DNA of 64,000 bases from the human T2T-CHM13v2.0 reference genome, Homo sapiens. A program made the translations under genes and the position numbers. The first letter of the stretch is position 1, and every line of letters begins with the position of its first letter. Under the pieces are notes generated by a model that did not search any database, was not told the origin of the DNA, and saw nothing but the letters and a program-made list of their open reading frames with translations. The DNA lies in assembly GCF_009914755.1 (NCBI RefSeq), contig NC_060931.1, one strand, 5' to 3'. Below, piece after piece: positions 45,363 to 57,550 of the stretch.

Positions 45363-46108
45363 GAGCCTCCCCAAATTGCTCCTGGGGATAACATCACTAT
45401 TGTAAAACCTAAAATCAGTGTTTGAGACAGTTTGCAGACCCTGCACTTGATGTGCCAGCTGACACTACCAAACCAGTAATCTGGCTCATCCAATTCTACA
45501 ATCCCACCCAGGAAAAGAAAACAGCAAGAAAAACTGACTTTGACCCTCTATGATTCCATCTCCTACCAGACCAATCAGCACCCCCCACTTCCCGAGCCCC
45601 TGCCTGCCAAATTATCCTTAAAAACTCTTATCTCTGGCTGGGTGCAGTGGCTCACGCCTGTAATCCCAGCACTTTGGGAGGCCGAGGCAGGCGGATCGCG
45701 AGGTCAGGAGATCAAGACCATCCTGGCTAACACAGCGACACCCCGTCTCTACGAAAAATACAAAGAAAAATTAGCCGGGCGTGGTGGCAGGCGCCCGTAG
45801 TCCCAGGTACTTAGGAGGCTGAGGCAGGAGAATGATGTGAACCCTGGAGGCAGAGCTTGCAGTGAGCAGAGATGGCGCCACAGCACTCTAGCCTGGGCGA
45901 CGGAGTGAGACTCCATCTCAAAAAATAAATAAATAAATAAAAACTCCTATCCCTGAAAGCTTGGGGAGACTGATTTGAGTAATAATAAAACTCCCATCTT
46001 CCACACAGCCAGCTCTGTGTGAATTACTTTTTCTCCATCATAATTCCCCTTTCTTGACAAATTGACTCTGCCTAGGCATTGGGCAAGGTGAACCCTTTGG
46101 GCGGTTAC
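45363..46108 (+). mobile_element. LTR8-like (ERV1) 3' half, interrupted by AluY
   Basis: AATTGCTCCTGGGGATAACATCACTATTGTAAAACCTAA...GGGCAAGGTGAACCC..GGGCGGTTAC. Confidence 0.8.
45636..45938 (+). mobile_element. AluY
   Basis: ACCATCCTGGCTAACAC, GAGCTTGCAG; TSD AAAAACTC(T/C)TATC(T/C)CT. Confidence 0.9.
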
Positions 46109-46113
46109 GGGAG

Positions 46114-46450
46114 TAATATGGTTTGGCTCTGTGTCCTCACCCAAATCTCATCTTGAATTGTTATTCAAATCATAATCCTCAGATGTTGAGGGAGGGACCT
46201 GGTAGGAGGTGATTGGATCATGAGGGCCATTTCCCCCCATGCTGTTCTCAGAATAGTCAGTAAGTTCTCACAAGATCTGATGGTTTTATACATGGCAATT
46301 TCTCTCCTCTCTCTCTCTCTCTTCCTCCCTCCCTCCCCCCGCCGCCCTCTCTCTCACTTACCACCATGTCAGATGTGCTTGCTTCCCCTTTGCCTTCCAT
46401 CATGATTGTAAGTTTCCTGAGTCCTCCTAGCCGTACTTCCTGTTAAGCCT
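46114..46450 (+). mobile_element. THE1D/MSTA-like LTR, 3'-truncated
   Basis: ATATGGTTTGGCTCTGTGTCC.CACCCAAATCTCATCTTGAATTG...CCATCATGATTGTAAGTTTCCTGAG. Confidence 0.82.
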
Positions 46451-46999
46451 TACAAGGAGCAAGACGAAACAGAAATTGTGATAATATCTGTCATGAGTAA
46501 AGTTACCTACTAAATAAAAGACTCTCAAACTAAAACAAATGTTAAAACAGGGAAATCAGAACTAACTTAAAAGTAAAATTTAGGTATTAGGAAGCCATGA
46601 ACAGACTCAAGGAAGACAATAGAAATATTAAAAGCATATTTAAGGCAAAAATTTAAAAATTAAACAGAACAATTTAATGTTACTCTATATTAGCGAAAGA
46701 AACATTCCATAGTAAAAATAACCTCATAAAATATTGGGCTCCAAATTTTTGAGTATTGAAATGTATAATGCCTAACTAAATAGAAATATTGGCTACAATA
46801 TTTCTTACAGCTGAGAAAAATCAAACCCTTAATTTCCAACTCAGCTAACCTGCCACATAAAATTCTTGAAAACTACCCATATGTGTGCATATCAATACCT
46901 CATTTGTGTTTATTTCAGAGTGGTGGCATTGTATATTACTATTTTCTTCACTATAGTATTATGAATTTTCCAAAGTATCCAAAGGAAATATGTATTTGT

Positions 47000-47181
47000 A
47001 GCCACAAAACAGGTTAGTTGCCCTCTGCATGAAGAGCCCAAATAACAAAAGCGAGGTATTGGGAAGTCAGTGTGAACTGGCCGTAGATTTCCTGCCCCCA
47101 GACCTTGGTGTTTTCTCTTTTAGGAAGTTAGCACAAATTGGCCTTAAGTTCCCTGTCTCCAGACCCTGTTCTCCTGCCTCA
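47000..47181 (-). mobile_element. ERV1 LTR fragment (MER61/MER83-like 5' end)
   Basis: Reverse complement starts TGAGGCAGGAGAACAGGGTCTGGAGACAGGGAACTTAAGGCC. Confidence 0.6.
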
Positions 47182-47182
47182 T

Positions 47183-47652
47183 TGGTACAAGAAAAGGAAT
47201 TTATTTCTGAAGCTAGCTTGGGGGAAGTTCACCCTGCTTTGAATGTGCCCCTTTGCTTTTGGAACAAAAAGTGGGCACTTTTATTAGGTAAGGAATGAAG
47301 TAAGCAAGGGCAGGGGGTCTTCTGATACCCAGAAATTATCAACTAGGCAGTTGAGTTGGCATCTTTCTGGGCAGGAGTCAGTTGTTGAAGTAGCCAAGTG
47401 GGCATGCCTAAAGCATGCACCTGGAGGTGGGAGCTCCATGGGGACATGCTTTGATCTGGAAATAGACTGTCAACTCTAGAGGAGAGATCCAGAGCACAGA
47501 GATGAGCTTGCCTTCTAGGGAGTATCTGGTGAGGGAGAGGCAAGAGGTTATTTTGCATTTCAGAAAGGGCTAAGTGAGAAGTAGGGGTAAGGGGAAAGGA
47601 GAAAAGGAGAAAAATAACAAACTATCTCTTAGAAAAATGGGGGTACTCTTAC
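47183..47652 (-). mobile_element. ERV1 LTR (LTR39/MER101-like)
   Basis: Reverse complement starts TGTAAGAGTACCCCCATTTTTCTAAGAG. Confidence 0.6.
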
Positions 47653-47742
47653 ATACCATTTTTTGAAAAACACAATTATTATTTTAAAATTCTACATTTA
47701 ATTGAATCCTTTGTTATGGCAAATATGCGGTTAACACAAAGC

Positions 47743-48470
47743 TGTGAGGCAGGGGGCGGGGAAAGATAAGAGGAGCGTTTTTGTAGTTAGGATGGTGGAT
47801 GGCTGGTTAGTGTTTCATATATTTTTTTCTACTGATCTATTCCCCTTTTTCTTCCCCACATTGAAACAAGCACAGAAATTTGTCACGAGATTAAAAAACA
47901 ATAGATGTGGTTTTTTGTTTGTACATTCTCAGGTCCTCAGGGAGATTATCTGTGGATAGAGAAGTGGTTTGATGGGGATTAGAGAAGGACTCAGTCTGCC
48001 CAGGTTGGAGGCAGTGCAGGAGCCGGGTTTATTGGCTGTAAGAAAAGAGGGATCCTGTGCTGTCCTGGTGGTATACTGCCATAGGGGCAGCCGAATACAA
48101 GAGAAAGGCTACCTGGTGTTTCTGGAAAGATGGGGCTGTGGGTACCCTGCAGATGTTCCCTGTGTTTTTCATCAGCTGCAGTGACAGAGAGCTTAATGTC
48201 TTCTTAAAGCCACCTGATAGGGCAATGACAGACAAGCAATGAAGGATCGGATGCCTTTTTCCTTCTGCCCTGCTGGGCCTTGGCAGCATTGGAGACTCTG
48301 GACATGAGGCACTGCTCAGGGCAGATAAGGAATCTCCAGAAAGAACTGTGTTAAGTTTTTCTCTATAGCCTGTGGGAATGGGGGCTTGAAGTCAGAAAAT
48401 CATGTGACTAGAATATAAACAGGACATTTCTTATTGCCTAGTTTGTGGACTGAGAGTCAAACCCATTAGT
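47743..48470 (+). mobile_element. Ancient Gypsy-type LTR (MamGypLTR-like)
   Basis: GTGGGAATGGGGGCTTGAAGTCAG...GACATTTCTT..AGTTTGTGGACTGAGA 3' motif. Confidence 0.5.
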
Positions 48471-48492
48471 TCGACTTTATTATTTTCTGCGT

Positions 48493-48990
48493 TGAGGAAA
48501 GCAAAGATCACCTGGTGGCCATCAGGCAGACCATCCAGAGGCAAACTCCTCATCCGGGGAATTCAGAAGTAATTAGACTTCCCTATTATCTAAAGCCAGC
48601 ACCTGGTTTCAGGCTTCTTTCCCCACAATTTATAACTAGAATTTCTATACATCTCTGGAATGCTTGCATGTCGAAGCTCATTGCATAACCCTTCTTGACG
48701 TCAAAGCACCAAAATTCCTGCAAATGTAATCATTTATCATTATTTACATGGCTAATGTTGTCCAATTTACTCTTAAGCTCCCGCTTTAAGGCCCATAAAT
48801 ACTTTCAAGGAAAAATCCACCACTGTGTGCTCAGTTCTCTCTTGCTGAGGCACCCCACCGCACTCTTCTGCGGTGTTCTTTTATCTAATAAAACTTTCCT
48901 CTTCAAATGTATACTGTTGTTGGTAAATTCTTCTTACTACTTGTGAGACAATCACTTTCTGTTGCTGAGGCTCTGACACCTTGCCCGGCA
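48493..48990 (+). mobile_element. MER84-like solo LTR
   Basis: TGAGGAAAGCAAAGATCACCTGGTGGCCATC...CTAATAAAACTTTCC...GCCCGGCA. Confidence 0.75.
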
Positions 48991-50405
48991 TGAATCTTCT
49001 TTCTTAACAATTGCTTCTGAAAGAACCTCACATACTGTTCAATGATTTGTCAACCCTATGAGGCATTACCTGTTTGTATAGCATGACTGGTCCTGTCTTG
49101 AGCAATCACTGTTGCCCAACATTTATTATAATTTTGAAACTAAACTACAGAGCCAGACAGGACAAAGGCATCCTTAGCATATTCAAGCAAAAAGATCAGG
49201 AAACTCCTAACTTACTGTGCGGACCTCCTTTCTGAGGCAGTGAGGATTCTCTCCCCTCTTCCTTTGCTTACCTCCTCCCTCTCCTTCCTCTTCTCTCCTC
49301 ACCCTCCTTCTCTCCTGCAGCCTCATCACTATGTCTCTACTCTCATTCACTTAGAGAAAGAGGCAACAGCACAAACTCAAGGCTCATGAAGGCATGTGGA
49401 GGAGAAATATAAGAATCCTAACAATTAACTTCTTCTGATGATTATTCACAAGAAAAGACAATGCCTTTGAGAGCATTTACTCTGTTCTCAAGGACAAACA
49501 AGAAAACGTGGATGCTGAAATGAGATGAAAGGTGACAAAACAGGATAAGAGTATAAGATACAATCTGAAAGAAGACAGAAACTGGCCAACGTGCAGGCTG
49601 TGGGAGGAGGAGGGGAGGCTAAGAGCGCCCATTTCTTTGCATGAGGTCCACGTGACTGGAGATATAAGATGAAGGATCCAGAGAGACCAAATAAAGATTA
49701 TCGTGCATATAAAGTGATATTGAATGCCGTGGTTTTGGTGTGAGAGCTAAATGGGCTTGCCAACTTCATGATCACAGAGAATGGCCTTCAGGGAGGAAAC
49801 TTTGAGGGGCTGACTTCCGTAGGTCCCAGGTAGAAGAGGAGAAAGAAGCAAAAGATAATCTCTTCCATGTCTAGGGCTTTTGATAAATTAGCTCCACCCA
49901 ATATGGAAGTATGGAGACCAACTGCTATTGTTCATCAATACGATAATTGTTCTCACCTCTATGGGGAGAATTAAGAGGTAGGCAAGAGAACATAAGGAAA
50001 AACCTCCTCTTCTGGAAACCATCTAACATTTTCTCAGCTGCTGCTTCTCTTAATTCAGTGGGGTTAACCATTAAGCTCATGCTAATCAAGGAGTTTGTGT
50101 TTACCCCTTTGGGAGGGAAGATTATGATTCTATTAGCACAGATCTCCTCCTCTAATATCAATCACTCTTCATTTTAGGGTCCTCCTAGGACTTTAACTAT
50201 TTTTTTTCACTGAACACTCTGAAAAGGATCAGGACAAAATGTTAAATAAAATTAACCCTGTAGCCACTCTGTTCCCAAAGCTAAAATTTTTATTGGCTAT
50301 ATTATTTTTCATCCCATATTGTATCCAGCTACATAATTCAATATAGGCTTCTGCATTGAGATCAGATAATAACATGAAGATGCTGAGTTAGAAGAGAAAC
50401 TCCAA

Positions 50406-50692
50406 GGCCAGGCGCGATGGCTCATGCCTATAATCTCAGACTTTGGGATGCCAAGGTGGGCAGATCACCTGAAGTCAGGAGTTCAACACCAGCCTGGCCA
50501 ACATGGCAAAACCCCATCTCTACTAAAAGTACAAAAATTAGCTGGGCATGGTGGTGCATGCCTGTAATCTCAGCTACTTGGGAGGCTGAGGTAGGAGAAT
50601 CACTTGAACCTGGGAGGTGAGCCGAGATCGCACCACTGCACTCTAGCCTGGGTGACAGAGCAAGGCTCCGCCTCAAAAAAAAAAAAAAAAAA
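50406..50692 (+). mobile_element. AluS (Sx/Sz-like) with a short right-arm deletion
   Basis: GATCACCTGAAGTCAGGAGTTC; GGGAGGTGAGCCGAG lacks the GGAGGTTGCA segment. Confidence 0.9.
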
Positions 50693-51312
50693 GAGAGACA
50701 CCCCAATTTGGAATGTAAGTGACTTCCATCATGATATCCCAAGGGAGAGAATTTAGTTCAAAGAATAAATTTTCTTGCAAGTTAAAATCCAAACACATTA
50801 AAGACCAAAAGAAGTAAGGCCTGACACCCAATTTACTTGGCTCTGAAAGTTAAAATTGAAAGAAACTAAGCTTCCAGATTTAGCTTAGTCAATTCTTAAT
50901 CTATTCTGTCAACCTGATGGGTTTTTGATACAAGGTGGAGTTGACGTTTTTTTCTGCGGTCTTGAAGTTGGAAGAATATAGTTCCTTTGAAGTTATTAAT
51001 TCAATGTTAAGTCATTGAGTGCCTCATATTTTTAAAGTTTATCACAGTAGTCCTAGCTTCTAAAATGTATCCCAGGCAAAATATGTTAGCAGAAACACAA
51101 TGGGAGTGCAAGTTAAGGAGACAGACCATGAAAATATTCTTGATTTTAGGCTCACCGGGATGTCTGTCAGTCAAGACTCATGGTCATGAGTCCAAGACTG
51201 GTAAACATACACTTAACAGGGAGAATCCCCCTGCCAAGAAGTTCACATTGGCATTACGCATTTTATCATATCTGGGGAAGAAGGAATCTGCATATGTATC
51301 TGGTCTTCTCAC

Positions 51313-51396
51313 CTCTAAGAGTGGTATTTGAGTCACTGGTGTTTTCTTCGTGACAAGTACTTTGTTTTTCCTGCAATCTGTGAATCCCTTCAATGG
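51313..51396 (-). other. Candidate 84-nt symmetric exon
   Basis: cgtctaccttttag|...TTAGAG|gtgaga; open in two frames (PLKGFTDCRKNKVLVTKKTPVTQIPLLE or IEGIHRLQEKQSTCHEENTSDSNTTLR). Confidence 0.3.
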
Positions 51397-51709
51397 CTAA
51401 AAGGTAGACGATATTGATTGCTCCTTTTTCAGATGAGAAAGCTAGATAGGAAAAGATTTCTTGTCTAAAATTAGACCAAAACTGAGGAGAATGGGAAAAT
51501 TTCATATGCAAGTTTTCAGGGCATGTGCAGCCACAGTTTGGGTGTGTCTAGTGCTCACCTATATTGGGTATTGGACAAGCTTACCAGTGTCCCTTCAGAG
51601 AAATACTATTGGGATGAGTTCGTGATGTTGCTCCAGTTTTCCCCAGATGAGGTCTTGCAATATTTATTTTCTAGAAAAAATGCTGAGAGAAAGATAAAAA
51701 ACAGGAAGT

Positions 51710-51996
51710 CAGTTGCCATGGCCTATAATCCCAGCACTTTGGGAGGCTAAGGCACGAGGATCACTTGAGCCCAAGAGTTCAAGACCTGCCTGGGCAACAT
51801 AGGGAGACCTTATCTCTACAAAAAATTAGCCGGGTGTGATGGCGTACACCTGTAGTCCCAGCTACTCAGGAGGCTGAGGAGGGAGGATTGCTTGAGCCTG
51901 GAAGGTCAAGGCTGCAGTGAGCCATGATCACGACACTGCATTCCAGCCTGGGTGACAGAGCAAGACCCTGTCTCAAACAAACAAACAAACAAAAAA
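51710..51996 (+). mobile_element. AluJ with a (CAAA)n tail
   Basis: CACTTGAGCCCAAGAGTTC, GGTCAAGGCTGCAGTGAGCCATGATC. Confidence 0.88.
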
Positions 51997-53974
51997 CAGG
52001 GAAATTTCACTAATACCTACTTTTACTTGCCTGCAGGTTTATTTTACAGCTTTTCAGTAAAATTAGCTGGATGGTGGAAGGTCTGAAAATTGTGTATGTG
52101 TCTGTGTGTTTTGTTTTTTGTTTGTTTGCTTGTTTTTGCCGTGGTAGGACACTGTCTATGAATTAGGACAGGAAAGGTTGAAATAGCAAGTGGCATCAAT
52201 GAAAAAGGCACAGTGGGCATTCATGAAAAAAGCTCTTCAGAGGGGTTTCTCGAAATATGGAGAGAGAGGATTTTCCTGCCTTTCCTGTAGCCTTTGTCAT
52301 ACAAAAAATATCAGTTAAGTGCAAAAAGAACAATCAATTACTCAGCAATACTTCATCACCCACTGAGATAATTCTAAAGAAATCACAGAAACTTGTATTT
52401 ATCAGTTACCTGACACTAGTTATATATCAGGTATGTGTCATGTACATTTTCTTTTCACAGTAATCAGGTGAGGTAAGTATTATATTCCTGTGGTTTTTTT
52501 TTTTTCATGAAGAAATTGTGGTTTGTCAACTTGGCCAAGTCGACAGAGGGACATGACACATGTTAGCTCTGGCTGCTGGCAGCACAGTTAAATTGTCTCT
52601 TAAGGATGCAAATGGTCTCTTTTTCTCTTCAGTTGCAACTAGTAACACATATTGATTAAGTTAGGGATTTTTTTTTTTGCACTTAAAGAAATGGAAAGCT
52701 TAACTAAATATGACAAAAGTTACAGGCATTAAATTATCTCATATTAGAAGAATTTTTAGAATGCATGGAGGAACAGGGGTTTTGTGCAGTGCCTGGACAG
52801 ATGTCAAAGACCCAGCTCTTTAATAATCCAGTACGCCAACCTCAGCATGTTGGGTACTTGTTCTTAGAAGTACCCCCTGCATGGGTACAGCTATGGAAGC
52901 TTGTTCTCATAACTCAGTTTCAAAAAGAAAGGACAGGTGTCTTTGTTATCTCCCTGCTAACCCCCTAAAAAATGGGAGAGCAAAGTCTTTCTCAGGAACC
53001 TCCAGTGGCTGTGCCTGTGTCATATTCCTATCTTTAGACCAATCACCAGCAAGGAGGATGTGCATCACCAAGGCTGGCTAAAAATTTATTGGCTGAGAAT
53101 AGATCCACCAGAGCTGGGCACTTTGCCAACCAAACACAATTGACATCCCATTTGAAAGGAAGTGGGAAAATCCCTGGGTGAGCGATAGCTGTGTTTTCCA
53201 AAAATGTCAATATAGAGGAAATTTCATCCTTGTGTCAACTTTTGGTTCATGGTGTTTGGTACTTACTTTAGTTTCTGTAGATGAAGAGAAGGAAATAGAA
53301 GACTAGGAAAGATTCAATACCTGAAAACAATTGATAGATATATTGACTTGATGGTAGAGTACATTTAAATGAAGAATGAGGAAATTAGACAAACCTGATT
53401 CATAGTTGAGTTTTCCTATCATAAAACACACCACAGTTTTATTTCCTATTTAACTGATATGATGTGTAAGAAAAAACAAATACATATATTTAATAATATC
53501 AAAGCATGTCAAAACCTGTGGTTCCATCCTGGTCCCTATCAATAATGGAAGATGAAGTTTCAAATTGATTTAGTGATGACAATTTAGTGATCCTGATGAC
53601 TTTCTGGTAATGGAGAACCAGAGGAGCAACTGTAGATGTAAACTGATTTAATTTTCTTTAGGTAATGCTGTTTCTAGGAAAGCAGAAGTTTTTTTTGTAT
53701 GCTCCATTTCCTGGGTTGGCCATGGAGAGAGAAATGTAAGTGAAAAGATCGCATTTAACAGCTCTCATTTAGATTGTCCTGCACGTAGAGAATACATACA
53801 ATGAATGTAATAATTGTACTATCTTGCAGGGTTGCCTGAGGACTCTATAAGATAATAGGAAGAAAATATTTGTTGAAGGCATAAGTATCCAATAAACGCT
53901 AGCAATAGGATTATAAATATCATAAATGCAAATCTGACTAACATAATACCAAGTAATAATAGTATTTGTTAATA

Positions 53975-54125
53975 ATGGCCTTGAGCAAATTACCACAATA
54001 TTTCTAGTTTGCTTCCCTATCTATAAAACGAAACTGATGATTCCTACCCTCATAAAATTGTTGTGAGGATAATATTAAAAAATTATGAAATTCTTACTGT
54101 CTGCCTGGCACAAAGTAAGCATCTG
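53975..54125 (+). mobile_element. MIR fragment (another probable MIR at ~53745-53900, minus strand)
   Basis: CCTTGAGCAAATTAC..ATCTATAAAA..CCTACCCTCATAAAATTGTTGTGAGGAT core. Confidence 0.65.
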
Positions 54126-54202
54126 TCCATCTGCCCACTAAGCAAACATGTGAGCACATACAGTGTGTTTGGTGCCACTGTGCTAAGTGCTGGTGAAGCA
54201 GT

Positions 54203-54327
54203 AATAGATAAATCATCGTTCCTAATTTCATAGAAAATTCCCTATGAAATTAGGATAATCCAGATATTCCCTATGAAATTAGGATAACATAGGGAAATAG
54301 ATAAATCATAGTTCCTAATTTCATAGA
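54203..54327. repeat. Complex local duplication/inversion
   Basis: 32-bp direct repeats flank two 22-bp units containing inverted copies of the flank. Confidence 0.9.
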
Positions 54328-55052
54328 CCCACCTTTCTGTTGAACTGTATACAAAATATGGATATCGAATCTAACAATTGAGTTTATTATGGTAGATAAT
54401 TTAAGGTTTTGATGTGCAAGTTGAAATGGTAGTGAAAGTGAGAGTGTGTGAGAGGGAGACTGGTGCATAAAGGTGAAGGAATTCAAAGGCAAAGAGACTG
54501 TGTCTAATGGAGTGCTGGCAAATGCAAGGAGGCTGTTGAGTGACATTGCACAAGCAGATGACACGTTCCCTAGCAAAGGCAGAATCAAACTAACAGGCAG
54601 CTTCTGGACCTACGCTGTTAAGTACAATGCCTGGTGTAATAAGCATTTTTGAATGAATTGATAAAGTCATCCTTGGAGGAAATACACTCTGAAGATTCAG
54701 GGACCAAAATAAAGGATTAAGAGAAGGATGTTAAGTAAACAGTAAGCCACAGAATTTTTTTTTTTTTTTTAAAGAGAGTAAAACTCTTTTAAAGCCACTA
54801 AGGTGAAGACACAGTGTAGCTGTTTCTTATCTTTCTCAAGCAAGAGCTGGCCATTCTCTTTGAACCTCTCAGGGAATGAGTGAGTGTTAAAACTATCATT
54901 GATGATGAGTTCCAAGCCGGGACTCCATCAGAGAGAGAGATTGCCTGGAACTGAAGAAGCTAAATCTACCTTCAAGTCCAGGGTGCAGCCCAGGGCCACT
55001 AAAAGGAATTAAGGCTAAACTGTCAAGAGCTGAGTAAATGTAGACTTGGCAG

Positions 55053-55570
55053 TGTGATGATTAATATTGAGTGTCGACTTGATTGGACTGAAGGATGCAA
55101 AGTATTGTTCCTTGGTGGGTCTGTGAGGGTGTTGTCAAAGGAAATTAACATTTGAGTCAGTGGACTGGGAGAGGCAGACCCACCCTCAGTCTGGGTGGGC
55201 ACCATCTAATCAGCTGCCAGCATGGCCAGAATAAAAGCAGACAGAAGAACATGGAAAGACTAGACTGGTTGAGTCTTCCAGCCTCCATCTTTCTCCCATG
55301 CTAGATGCTTCCTGCCCGCGAACATTGGACTCCAAACTCTTCAGCTTTGGGACTCTTGGACCTTTGACCACAGACTGAAGGCTGCACTGTGGGCTTCTCT
55401 ACTTTTGAGGTTTTGGGACTCGGACTGGCTTCCTTGCTCCTCAGCTTGCAGACAGCCTATTGTGGGACCTCACCTTGTGACCGTGTGAGTCAATACTCCT
55501 TAACAAACTCCCCTTCATATATACATCTATCTTATTAGTTCTGTCCCTCTAGAGAACCCTGACTAATGTA
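55053..55570 (+). mobile_element. MLT2A1/A2 (HERV-L) solo LTR
   Basis: TGTGATGATTAATATTGAGTGTC..GAAGGATGCAAAGTATTG...CTAGAGAACCCTGACTAAT; TSD GGCAG/GGCAA. Confidence 0.92.
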
Positions 55571-56183
55571 GGCAATGAGGCAAGAAGTTAAGGTTTAAGG
55601 TCAAAAGAAAAGGTCAGAGACTCTTCCAGTAAACGTGGCTAGGATGCCTGAAGCTCATAAATGGGAGCTGACTGGGCTTAGCCTGGATTAAAAGCTCTTG
55701 TTTGGTGATTCAGTTACTAGATCTATTTGATATGTGTACATGTGTGTGTTTGAAACTTATTGATGAATAAATACATTAAAAATTGAAATTCTGCCCTGAT
55801 ATTCTAAGCCTTCCTGCCTAAGACAAAATACCATTAGATTTCTTCTCTATTTATAGGGGTATTCTCTCCCACAGAGCAGGGCCTGCTGCTTTGTTTCTGG
55901 AAAAACACATTCTGCTTTAAAAATGATACTCTGTAACTCTGTTTCCTGAGAATTACACACGACTTGAATCTAGTCCTTTGCTGAGATGAAGTACAGATTT
56001 GAGGTGCATTCATATTCCCCATAAAATATGTTTGTCACCCTAGCAACTGCCCTAAAATACCTTGTAGTATCCTGACATGAGTATAAATACAATTTCTCAT
56101 ACTCTGAGAAGCCAAGCAAGTGACATAAGTTATTCCAACATCAGAAGTCTTCCAGGTGTAGACTTCAGGGTGGAAGCCAGGAT

Positions 56184-56228
<45 letters not shown>
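56184..56228. repeat. (ATC)15 microsatellite with a degenerate extension
   Basis: Direct count. Confidence 0.95.
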
Positions 56229-56689
56229 TTCGTCATCTTCATGATATCACTATTTCTTTTCACAATATTTCTTTACAGGTGACAAAGGTTTCTACAACTA
56301 AATATAGTATCTGAATGCATTAAATGGTAAGAACCTTTGCCTCTGCACTGGTGGGGATGTTTGGTGGCCTCTGTTTCAGATCATTCTGAAGTGTGAAGTT
56401 TGAAATTTGTTGAACACTTTAAAGAGAAAATACTGCTTTAAACAAAGGTCACCAAATTGTAAAACAAAGAAATTTTCAAAAAATCTATAATAGAGATATA
56501 GGCAATTACCCCACTGTTGTAATTAGCAAAATGACGCTCAGAAAGTCTATATGGTCTTTCTACAGGCACTCAGTTTACTAGATGAAGGGGAGGAATTGAG
56601 TGCAGATGAACTTCCAAATCTCTTTGTACTACTGTGAATGCAGCATCTACATCCTAATTCACATGGCTGGAAAGCTCAGTTGCAAAAGG

Positions 56690-57550
56690 GATATTTTGGA
56701 CAGGTTATCAGAATGAAGATGGACAATATTCATTAGTCACAGGTATGTGGTTTTCAGCGAGGCATTTGGCAAGGCCGCTGCTGGCTATGTTGACCTTACA
56801 GAAACACAGCCTGTATGATATTTGGAGAATACCTCCAGGCAAAGGACACTCGTGAATGAACTGGTGCCCAACTGGAGACTGTCAGGTAGCTGGTGGAGGA
56901 CTTGTACCTCAGGTCTGTTGTTTTGGACAGTTTTTCACATCTTGAATGAGGTGAGTGGTCAGACTTAGGATCTAAAAAGTCCTGAAGAAGGCAGGAGCAA
57001 ACTAAAGTTTAATAATGATTGATAAAAGGTCCTTCTCCTGGGTCCCAAATCACAGGATGGTGAAAGCTGTGCTTGAAGGCAGTTCTTAAAGCACCACATA
57101 AGAGGAGAGAAATTTTATTTCACAAATCGGAGCACACTGAAGGCATTTGGTGCAGTTCTGGATGAACACTTTAAGAAAGAGGAACTTACGGAAACTGAAG
57201 GATGTTGTAAACAGAGTGGCTGGGAGAATGGAGGAACTCAAAACCACATCATGTGAATATTGCTTTAGAAGATCACAGTTCCAGACACGGAGAAGGGAAG
57301 ACTCAGACCGTACAAGACAATCATCTGCAGGGCTGTCAGGGAGAAAAGGGATTAAACTTTTTTTCTCCTTGGCTATAAGATGGGAATTTAAAATGTGGGT
57401 CGTTAGTATAAGGAAACATTTCAGTTTGTAAGTAATAAATAACTTTAAATGCCAGAGCTGTCAGAAGATGAACAACTAGAGACTGGATGGTACTTGGAGG
57501 GGTATCTCCAGTATCAGTGAGTAGTTCTGAACACTGAGATTCTGTGCTTC
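56690..57550 (+). mobile_element. L3/CR1 relic
   Basis: TTTCAGCGAGGCATTTGGCAAGG and TGCAGTTCTGG..CACTTTAAGAA CR1 RT motifs. Confidence 0.55.

Noticed and set aside
45098-45493. 131-aa minus-strand ORF
   Set aside because: N-terminal part is antisense LTR8; only the last 61 nt are kept as an exon candidate.
56103-56260. Poly-Asp reading (HEDDEDDD...ILASTLKSTPGRLLMLE) on the minus strand
   Set aside because: Stops lie immediately upstream and downstream in that frame; explained by the (ATC)n microsatellite unless conservation shows otherwise.
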